Shown here: positions 53,740 through 64,000 of the stretch, piece after piece
Numbering within the stretch: the stretch's first letter is position 1
How the letters are laid out: every line of letters begins with the position of its first letter
Source: Vitrella brassicaformis CCMP3155
Taxonomy: Eukaryota; Protista; Chromerida
Length of the DNA: 64,000 nucleotides
Assembly (NCBI GenBank): GCA_001179505.1
Contig: CDMY01000477.1
Coordinates: forward strand, 1-64,000
Direction of reading: 5' to 3'
Notes under the pieces: generated by a model
Database searches by the model: none
What the model was told of the DNA's origin: nothing
Seen by the model: the letters and a program-made list of their open reading frames with translations, nothing else
Translations under genes and position numbers: made by a program

Positions 53740-56700
53740 CGTGTGCAGCTCTCGGCAATTGTGGCCAACTGCAAGATCCAGGCCGTGCGCGCATTCAGGA
53801 GGGGACAGAAAGAGGGCCAGCACCTGGGAGATGAATCTTCCGTCGCCGACGACATCGCTCGCGCTGTCATTCGCGACCGGCGACTCCAGCCACCCTTCCT
53901 GCAGTGGCTGTCGGAGCACATGTGGATTGGCAACCTCGTGTTCGATCTTACGATGTTTACAAGCATGTCGTTCTCAAACGCATACGGAGACCACGAGGAG
54001 CAAGATTTCTGTCAGATCGGTTTTTCGCAGCGTAATCTCGTCCACTGGCACCCGGGAGCGGTTATCTTGGACAGGGTACTCGGAAATGTGCAGGCGCAGG
54101 CCTTTACTGGGGCTTACGCTTTCCTGATGCTGGCTTTGATCCTGATGCTGGCTGTGAGAGACGGCTTGCCTCCCTTCATCTGGTTCCTCCTGGCCTACCT
54201 GATCCGCTTTGCCTTTGACATGACAATTACTTCGAGTTTATTCTATTTGTCGTCACTCGGTCACTGCGACGACGCCAAAGGCGCACTGGCTTCGATCCTG
54301 CCGTTCTATGCAATGGCAGGCTAGAACATCGCTTGCACGAGCTGTTGGTGATGCTGATGGGGCTGTCCGTAGCCTTCTCGGCCCTTTTGTACATGTAAGG
54401 AGCAAGCTGCCCGGTGCTATGTGTGAATGCCAAAGCTAGAGTGCTAATGAGTGTGTGTCTGCAGTTCTGTGCTTAAAGCGCTTGAAGATGAGACGACAGC
54501 ACTAGTCAACTGCCACAAGGTGAGAGGATACGGTGATACTGCAGCAACGCAACTCTGTCGCTCGTGCAACAGGAAGAGTCGTTCTCGCGTTTTGCAAGTC
54601 GATTATTCCACTCCTCTACTTTGATCCTCTCTTCTTTTCCAAGACGGAGCGCGCAGTCAGAGTAAGCCCGCCTTGTCAGTGAATCGCAGGTGACACGGCG
54701 TTTCCCCTCCGTCTTTGTCTCAGGGGCTACTTATGCTCGTGGTCATGCTGGCTTACCACATCAAGACGCAACCTTACCTTGGGAGGCCTCGAATCAACAA
54801 CCTTAGGGCCGCCGTATACGCAATCGGTAAGTACAGACACACATGGACCACATGCATGCTGTGGCATCCTGGCGCTTCGTTCCTCAGCCTTGACGGCATT
54901 TTTCGTTACCTTACCCGCCGTGTTTGCTACGCGGATGCCGGGCAGCTCTCGGATGTACAGCGAGACGTGCCTTCCTTTTGTCCTCTTTCCCTCAATTGGC
55001 ATCCCTTTGGCGGTGTTGGTTTTTTGCCTGAATCACCGGCGAGCGAGGCGAGGAGATACGTCGGCCGTGGTGCGGCAGGTGCTGGACGGGGACTTCTCTG
55101 GCGATCGATCTGTGGCGGTGGGCTTCTGTCTGTCAGAGAAATTCAGAGCTATGATGTGCCAGGGCAAGCTGAATATGGTCGATCGCCACGCCTCAGCACG
55201 CTCACTGAGGCGCTCGTTGACATACACTGAAGGGCTTGACGGGGTCTCGCAGCCATGTACCTCCGAAGTGGAGCCACCTCGCCCTCCATCTGCCGTCCCT
55301 GTCATGTCTCCGGCCTCGCCACGCCGCCCTCCCCCAATGCTCCCACATCAGCCTGAAGATCAGATGGTTGAAACAGTAGTCAACGTGCAGCAAACATTAC
55401 GAGGGACGGAGAAGCGCGGGCTGCGGCTGCAAGAAGCGCCTCGCCTGAGACATGAAATACCTTCGCTGAGGAACGCTGTCCACAGGGTCGTGTCTCTTTT
55501 ACGGCTGCTGAAGTCTTTAGATGTGGTCCTTTTATATCGGCTCGGTGTGAGTAGAAAGGAAATCTGACTCATTCTGAACGAGTGGTGCTCATCCAGTCTC
55601 GTTGTATTGCTTTCAGGTCCGTACACTCATGAAGCACCGGACGCCGTTGCAGGTGGTGATTGAGAGCATTCCGGTGCTTCCTGAGAGAAGCCTCAGCGTC
55701 CTCCTGAGGTTTGCCGGTTCACATCGGTAAGGACGGGAGGCAAAAGACATACAATCCTGACTAGCCGGCATCGCTTTGTCCGCGGTCTTTCAGGCGATGT
55801 GCGGCAGTTTTGCGGAACGGTCTGTTCCCCTGCCTCATCAATGACGTACCTGCGGAGACCTTGCAGCTTGCCGACCAGCTGATGTCTCTTTCGAAACGAA
55901 GAAGGGAGAGACTGGTCCAGGTGTCAGGGCCGGGACGGGAGAGGCTGTTGCAAAACCTGATGGATACGCAGAACAATGACAGTGTACGGTTCTGCATCGC
56001 CATACCCAAGACAGCTGACGTCGTCAATGTCGCTGTGGTGCTCGCGACAAACGACAAGACACCACCGCTACTCTCATCCATGGACCTCCACATTTTCCTC
56101 TCTCACCCTTCGGCTGCCCTTGCTGTTGGAGACGCACTGGAGACTACAGCTCAACAGCTCCGCTCATTCGTCAGCGGCCTCAAAGACCGGCATCGAGGGG
56201 CGATCAAGACACGCGACTCTATATCAAGAGCGTTTCAAAGCCCAAGTGGCCACTCCATCGGTGTGGGTGGCCTGGCCGCGGCAGGTGTCTGGCGCATCGT
56301 CGGGCAACAAGTCGTCAGAACAATTGAGCTCCCAGGCGGACGCGGAGAAGGGCGTCCACTTCTCGAAGGCCACTGATGAGCTTTCAAGACGGTCTTCAGT
56401 CACCCGCAGTCTCCTCAAGGCCGCAACTATCCTCTCCACTCAACCCAATCCTGTCCACTCAACTATCCTCTCCACTCCGCAACTACCCACCGGAGCAAGA
56501 GAGACACGACGGGGTCACACACGAGTACCTGCCTCTGTTGCTTCTCAGAATGGACCCGGTCCACCTGAGTCCTCCAGCACCCATGCTCAAGTTCCAGCTC
56601 AAGTTTCTTCCTGTGACGATGCCTCTGTTTCGGGCACCACGAAGCACGAGGGCCGCCGATGGAGCGTTTCTGCTTTCCCACAAGGGCCAACCACGACTGC

Positions 56701-57955
56701 GAATGGCGACACTGAGTCGAAGATGCGCAGTCAGAGCGAAGAACCTACACTTCGAAAGCAGACATCGGCCCCGGCTGACCACAGCGCACCTCCGAAGCGA
56801 CAAGCGGGCAAGAGAAGGCGAGCATTCCTTGCTGTCCGATTTGCTGTCAAGATGAGGCTTTCGAGACAAGCCGGCAGGAGGGAGAATGATGCAAGAACGG
56901 ACGAGAAGAATGACCAAGACGACCGTGACGACAGTGAAGATGCCTCAAATATGAATGCTGAGCGTCCAGCGACCAATGCTGAGGAGGACACCAACAGCCA
57001 GCCAGCCGCTCACAGTCTTCACACCAGCCCTTCGATGGTCGGACGGTCCCCCTTCCTTGCCGCTAAAATCAAAATGCTATGTGGGCTTCTCCCTGCTGCC
57101 TTCTCCAGCCTTGCCGACAACGTCTTGATTGTTGAGGGTGATCCAATGACCGATCCCTCCCTGTCAAAGGCAGCCGCCACTCTTCATGATGGTGCATTCA
57201 AGTGGAATCGGCTATCACAGCGATGCATTTTGGCCATCGCCCGCTTCATCGAAGTGGCTCTTTTCATACGGTGTCAAGGGGAACAGGGGGAGAAAAACGA
57301 TGGATGTGCTGGGCGACAGGATGCCGTCCGCATACACTTCCTCGAGGGGCCGGTTGACATCGAGGGGCTGACCCCGCACTTGTGGGACGAACCTACACTA
57401 CCGCGTTCAAGCTCTCGGCGACAAAGCCAGCTGTCACATACAGGTGGGTCTGCACTACTGTCAAAACACACCAGCAAACAATTGACTTTTTTCTTCATCG
57501 CCTTTTCTGACCAGGTGCGTTTGAGGACGATTCGTACACGGCCATGTCGAGCCGGCGATCATCTGCAGTTTCTCACTCAAGAAGGTCGTCTGCAGCCACG
57601 TCCAGGCGTGAGTCGCAAACACGACGGATGTCCATTTTCTCCGACCCAGCTGCGTCCCGCCGTGCCTCTGCCCTCAACAAGCGGCCATCCATTCTGTCCG
57701 AGCCAGAGCCAAGCTTTCTCCCACGGGCGGCCATCGATTGGCGTGAGCCTGGCCAGGCTGAGGGAATCCATTACGGACTCGAGGAAGCGAGACGAACTGA
57801 GTCTCTTGAATCGCATCATTGCCCACTTTGCGCATGCACAGAGGAACAAGGGCGCATGGACCAGCAGGTAGCCGCCGAGCAGAGTATCAATGACACGACG
57901 CGGAGGAGTTGTCTACTTGTTCTCGATGTCACTGCAAAAGTGCATTGGTCTGCAT
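53740..57955 (+). CDS. Large hypothetical multi-pass membrane protein with a long cytoplasmic C-terminal region
   Basis: Hydrophobic exons (AYAFLMLALILMLAV, FIWFLLAYLIRFAF, LLMLVVMLAYHIKTQPY..RINNLR) followed by long ORFs 55810-56376 and 55976-57871; exon structure only partly resolved. Confidence 0.45.
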
Positions 57956-58097
57956 AGTCTGTCTAGCTGCCCTAACACTGAACTCTCGTGGACACAATGG
58001 ACCTGAAAAAATTGATGCAATCCAACATCTCTTCTAAGCTCGCAATGAGCAGCCGATCGTGGATCTGGATCTTTCCCGAGGTGTAGGTGAGGGAATC

Positions 58098-60763
58098 ATG
58101 CAAAGTGTGATGTCATATCTCAAGTCCGTGTCGGACGCGACGCAAACCTCACTGGCCAACGCCTTGGCGGAGCTAGACCATCCCCCTCCCCGCCCGCCGC
58201 GCTCCCCTCGCGGCCTCATGGCCATCCGCCCCTCACTGCTAGTCATGGAGTATCCATCGGCACCGCTGCTCGGATCTCTCAGCCAGCAGCTGAATGAGCG
58301 GTATCGGCACTCTTACCTGGTCATCAACATGAGCGAGCGCAAGTACGACACGAGCACGTTTGCTGGCGAGGTGCTCGAGGTGCAGTTCAGAGGCCTCCCC
58401 AGCCCGCCGCTGGGACTCATGCTGGAGCTCTTCATGTCTATCACAGCATGGTAGGGTAGCTCATGCACTCGCACATCATGACACACACGAGTGTGTGATG
58501 TGTTTGTGTGTGTCATTGGCTCATCCAGGTTGACGTCTGACGAGTCGAATGTGGTGGTGGTTCACTGCTACAAGGGCTTCAGCAGGTCGGCAGTCTTCCT
58601 CTCATGCTTCATGGTGAGCCACGGAGGGGAGGGATGGGTGCAGGGCAGCACAGCAAACGGTGCCTGGGTGTGTGTGTGTGTGTGTTCTATAGGCGTGGTG
58701 TGGTTTGGTGAGCCATCCGGTTGATGGTCTTCAGGAGGTGTGTGAGAAGATAGGGCTGGACGAGGAGCACCAGATCCTCCCCTCACAGAAGAGATACCTC
58801 ACATACTTTTACCAAATACAAAACAACTTCATGGTCAGTCTGTCTATAGACACCACCACATGCACCCACCAAGTTGATTGCGTTGTGCACTTTTCTTCCT
58901 GCTGTGTGTGCGTGTGCGTGTCGTATCTATCAGCCCGACTACAGCCGTTTGTGTCTGCGGCGGGTGTTGCTCAACGGCATCCCGCTCATCGAGGCGCCCC
59001 CACTGCGGCTGCAGAGGCACGCACAGGACCGGCCGGCATTCAGACCCTACATAGAGGTCAGTAGGCTGACCCACCACACCACACGCTCACAAGACGAGCA
59101 ACACCCGGAGCCTGTCCGTTCTTCCTCCTTCCAATCAGGTGTGGCAGGCAGGCCAGCTTCTCTACTCGTCGCTACCAGACAAACAGCAGACGCAGCAGCA
59201 GCAGGCGTCAGATGAGCAACATCCGTCTGCCGAGCAGCAGGCGGAGGGTGACGCTGCCAGCGGTACAGCGGCTCCCAGAGAGGGGGAGGAGAGCCGTCAC
59301 AGCGCTGCCGATGCCCATGCGGCTGAGTGCGACCTGCCATGGTACTTCGAGAGCGACGGCACTGTAGCACTGGACATCCCTGCCAAGCTGGCCGTGGCCG
59401 GTGAGAGGGAGAAAGGGTCCATGTGTGTGTTATGGAAGCATGGATGCATCAATGTGATGCGTCTTCGGGTGTGTGTGTGTAGGCGACATCCTGATCCGAG
59501 TGCGCCACATGGGGTCGAACGGGCAGAAGGTCTCTGTCTTGAGGGCGGCGTTCAACACGGCATTCCTCCCTGGTAACAACAGATCACAAAAGCATCGGCC
59601 CACAGGCATTCAAATGTTTTCTCTCCCTCGCAATGATCAGAGGGTTGTCTGAAGCTGGGTCTGCACGAGCTGGACGGTGCCGCACACGATCCCAGATTCC
59701 CACAGGATTTCTTCATGGACATCATACTGGAGGTGCGACACGCTCACACCCCACACGCACCCGTGGTTTCGTCATTCTGTCTGTTTGTGGTTCGTGTGGT
59801 GTGTAGAAGGCGACCAGTGTGGACGACCCGAGTGAGTCTGAGGACCTCCAGAAGCTAAAGGGTCTCTTCGTGGCCGCCAGGGAGAAGGCCGCTGCCATGC
59901 GGGAGGGTCAGAAAACGAAATGAAAAAGAGACACGGACACACATGGGGCTTCCCAGTGATATGGTTCCCCTTTTTGTTTAGAGTTCGCTCGGCGTCGTTC
60001 TGAGGATGAGCGGCGAGAGCGCGAGCCCCAAATGATGGCCGCGGCGGACCAGGAGTCCACCACCCAGCAGCAGCAGCAGCAGCAGCCAGACGCGCAGCCG
60101 CCCCCCCACCGTCCCCGCCCCCCTCCCTCTCCAGGATCGACCAGCTCGTCTACGCCGCCCCCAGCACCAGCAGGAGCCCCAGACGATAGACAGCCCGGCA
60201 GCAAGTGGGCCTTCCCGCCCATCCTGTCGTCCTTCGACACGTCTAAGGCGGTGGATCGGCTGCATAGGCTGCAGGAGGGTGTGCGTGAGGGGCTCAAGGG
60301 TGCCGAGGAGCGCATCAGGCAGGGCAAGGAGATGGCCGAGCACCTCTCGGCCCACGTCCACTTCCCCACCTTCCACTTGCCGCAGATCGGGGGGCAGCAG
60401 CAGCAGCAGCAGCAGGAGCCCGACCAAGGTGACGCGAGAGAGAAGGAGAAGAGGAAGCTGCCGTCATTCGGCGGCGAGGAGGTGGAGGAGTTCAGTGTGT
60501 CGTGGGACGATGAAGCCGCAGCCAGAGCAGAACCGCAGACAGCCGGCCAGCCAGAGCAACCAGAGGTCCCCGCTGCTGCAGAGACCGCCGAGCAAGAGAA
60601 GAGGCCTGCTGCTGCTGCTGCCGAGCATCCATCGGAAGCGACTGGCGAGGCGCCCTTGTTGGTGCCGTATGGTGTAGGCGTAGAGGGTGCGAGCGCGGGT
60701 GCGGATGCCTCTGGTGTGGGCGGTGGTGGGGCAGATGAAGAGGAGGAGGTAGCGTGGGATTGA
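58098..60763 (+). CDS. PTEN/tensin-type phosphatase domain + tensin-type C2 domain + acidic disordered tail
   Basis: YLVINMSERKYD, WLTSDESNVVVVHCYKGFSRSAVFLSCF, PSQKRYLTYF, LRRVLLNGIP, RPYIEVWQ, GDILIRVRH, RAAFNTAFL, LDG..DPRFPQDFFMDIILE. Confidence 0.85.
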
Positions 60764-61229
60764 CATGGATCGACGGTGGGTGTGTGGTGCCATGCCACCT
60801 CACCTCAGTGGGTGTAGGGGTGTGGTGGTGACGTAGCTGGCTGGAGTGGCCTTGGTGCGTGGGGCAGACTCCGGGTCCGGTCCGTGTGTGTGTGGGTTGT
60901 ATGGAGGGGCGTGATTACTGACTGAATGGCCTGACAGACAGGTGGCATTCACACGTCACCATCACATCACTCTGGTGGTGTCGTGGCTGGCTGGACCGGT
61001 AGATAATACACAAGACGGTACAGTGAGTCGTGCCGTGCGCACATGCGCACACAACAGCAACGCACACCCCCACACGCCGGTCTCTACATGAGATCCATCC
61101 ATCCATCCGTCAGCCGCCACTGCTCTCCCTCTCCGATCCAGCCATCCGATCCAAGTGATAGAGCTGCACACACACACACACACACAGCCACCAGTGCATT
61201 GCCACCTCGTCCACACACGAGATCCACCC

Positions 61230-63960
61230 CTGTCACAGCTGTGGATGCTGCCCTTACCATTGCCTGCGTCTCGACCTTGTTGGCATACAGCTGAGACAAA
61301 CGACATATATAAGATGCACGCACGGGGAATGTGAATGATGCGCGAATCTGTCTGCGCCTCTGTCCTCTCCTCTGCAGACTTAGGGTACATACGTACATAC
61401 CTGCATCTGCCCCGCCAGCAGGAATCCTGCCACATACACCGAGTCCTCCACACCACCCAGCCACCGAACCCTTGAACCACTGCCACTGCCGTCGTCAGGC
61501 ACACAGATGACGGCCACCCCCCCGCCCTCGATGCTGCCCTGGTCGTCATAGCACGAATCAAGACCCCACACCTGCAGGCACACACACACACACATCCAGA
61601 CACGCAGAGATGAGGGAATGGAATGCGTGTATGTGGGTGATGCATTATGTACGTGGTGTGTTGTGTGCTGGCGGACTCAGACTGAAAACTACTACTACTG
61701 AGGTCCTCTTCGCCTACCCCGAGACGTCTGATCAGTTGACCAAAGTCTCAGGGCTGGCTCGGTGGGCCCAATTGTGCTCATCACAGTCACTAAGTCGCGA
61801 TTGTGTGTAAGTGTGTGGCCAACCCCTAGGCCCCTCACCTGTCCCTCTTTCTGCCACTGGTCCACGTCAGATGTGGGGAAGGTGCGCTGCCTCTGCACGC
61901 ACGCACGGACAGAGACAGAAGCGCATTCACGCGGGGCAGAGTGTGTGTGCGAGGACCGGATGGCTGGCTGACCAGCATTTGTGTGAAAGCCTTCTGCCGC
62001 GCGTAGAGCCGCCGTCTCGTAAGGTAGCGGAGGATCGTCGGCAGGCCCTCCTGCATACAACCACACGTAAACACATACACGCACTGCTATGACGAGTGAG
62101 TGTGTGGGAGAATGCTTTTCTTCTCTACCTGCGCCAGTCTCCATTTGCACGGTGTGTATTCCTTGAAGTTGGCGTCGACCCGCTCAAAGACGCGTACTCC
62201 CAAGTGCACCCACTTGAGCGGCATGCGGCTCTCACACTAAACACATAACACGTTCCCATCAAGCACACCACACCCACAGAAGACGCCTTGTCTGCGTGTG
62301 TGAGTGACCTTGAGCAGCTTCGCAACCCCCTCGGTGATCATGTAGAGCTTCTTCTCCGCCCCGGTCCGCCGCGCCAGCTGCTCGCGAGGGAAACACTGGG
62401 CGGCGGGCAGCTGTGGCAAAGTGCTGCCCTCGCCTCTACTACCATCGTCGATCTCACCCCCTGTTTTTCTCAGCCCGTAGAAGGACATCACGCTCAGCCA
62501 ATCGGGGTCGCTTTCACCGAGCGAGGCGAAATCGTTTGCTACCCCTATGGGCCTCGCTGCTGGTGCCGCTGGCTGGTGTGGCTGTGGCTGCTGGGGATCT
62601 TCCTGTTCGTCCTGCTCCTGCTCGTCATCTTGTTCGTTACCGTCATTGGGGGGTAGAGGCTCGTCCGCCACATCCATTGGTGCGGGTGCGGTGGTTGTGG
62701 TAGCTGCCTTGCGTTTCTTGATGCCCTGCCTTCTGAGCGCCGACTTGCTGGTGCGCATGTGGGTGGTTTTGACGATGCAGCACACGAAGAACCCACCCGT
62801 GTTGTTGTGGTGCGGCAGCACGCGGACTGCATGCTCCAGGCCGAGCGTGGATGCGTCGTCGGGAGGGAAGAGAGACCCGCTGAGTGGAGAAGGAAGGCAT
62901 TACAGACAGATGCGGTTTTCGGCCTGTATGCCGACGGAGTTCCCCCTCACCTGTAGTCAGCTCGTTCCTTCTCTGGAATGTCGTCCATCGATGCGAACAG
63001 ACGGCCACATGTGCCATCATCAGCCGTCGCATCATCACCGCCAGATGGACGCTTCTCGGGAACCAGCCTACACCCAGATGCACACATGTGCCATGGTGCG
63101 TGTCTGTCTGTCTGTCTGTCTGTCTGTCAGGCGGCCTGGCCTCACGCTGACCATTTTATGATGCCCTGCTGCAGCCGTAGACCGTTGAGGTGAGGTGGGG
63201 GCACGATCTTGACGCTGTCGCGGTACCTGCTCACCGCATGGGCCACAACAGCCTGCAGACAGAGATGAGAAGAGATGTCCGTCCGACTGTAGTAGATATG
63301 TGGGTGCAAATGCCGTGCATGTATTGGTTGGTATTTATGTGTCAGCTTGCCTCGTCTTCGAGTGGGTTCAGCGAACAGGTCGAGTACACCAACCTGTGCA
63401 GTACAGCACACACACGCCAAACAAGCACAGCGATTCGTCCATCATGTCACGCTGAGAGTGTTGTGCGTGTGAGTGTGCGTACCTGCCCCCCACGTTGAGG
63501 AGCTGCAGAGCTCGAATGAGGATTGACAGCTGCTGAGAGTGAATGCCCAACGAATCACGCAACTTCCACCTGACCAAGACACACAGGCACAGGCACACAC
63601 ACACACACGCATAGCATACGATCCGATCCTCCTTTGCTCATGTCATGTGTAGAGTACGTACGTCCTCCAGATGTCGGCTTTTTTCCTCAGTGTGCCGTCG
63701 CCTGTGCAGGGCACATCGCACAGTATCCTGTCGAATCCTATGGGAGCCCCATCCTCGCCACACACGGCCGGGAAGAACTTGGCTGGACACCCCAGACACA
63801 CAACTCGGTGTCCATTGTATGGGTGGTGTGCAGTGTGTGCAGTGCAGTACCTACCATCGAGGCATGTGACGGCAGTGGCGGGCGAGGGTATTCTCTGCAC
63901 CTGGTGGGCCAGCATCTGGGCACGGTTCGCCTGCATGTCGTTGGCCAACACAAGGCCTGA
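61230..63960 (-). CDS. NSUN2: tRNA (cytosine-C5)-methyltransferase of the NSUN2/Trm4 family, 5'-truncated by the window edge
   Basis: [85 protein letters not shown]; 3' end approximate. Confidence 0.92.
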
Positions 63961-64000
63961 AACAGAAACCCGTGTGCCACCTGTGCGTCTGTCTGGTCTA

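Overview
Eukaryotic nuclear DNA, GC-rich, with many short introns full of (GT)n, (CAGA)n and (GATG)n repeats, and five 300-N assembly gaps. ApiAP2 domains together with a thylakoid-lumen protein carrying a complex-plastid presequence point to a chromerid alga such as Vitrella brassicaformis (inference). Conventional spliced genes recognised: a CAMK/CDPK-like kinase with an apparent frameshift, a C1orf131/Faf1-like protein, a KDM5-like JmjC demethylase, CPSF73, a PHD-finger protein, a K+-independent H+-pyrophosphatase, a PsbQ-like lumen protein, a BIRC6-type E2 enzyme, a bacterial-type ADP-forming acyl-CoA ligase/GNAT fusion, a tandem-AP2 factor, a PTEN/tensin-C2 protein, NSUN2/Trm4 and several hypothetical proteins. 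The most unusual structure is two patchwork blocks, about 1.3-8.1 kb (+) and 17.0-22.3 kb (-). They are built from shared intron/exon modules and captured fragments of dynein, J-domain and fasciclin genes, and are punctuated by 11 strand-polarised copies of a ~21-bp motif (ATCGYYGTCTACATTTTATAT-like) not seen elsewhere in the window. Also notable are a cleanly spliced, divergent Spo11/TopoVI-A/JetD-type TOPRIM gene with no visible catalytic-Tyr domain, and a 21-bp perfect hairpin. All family assignments are from motif recognition by eye; no database searches were run.
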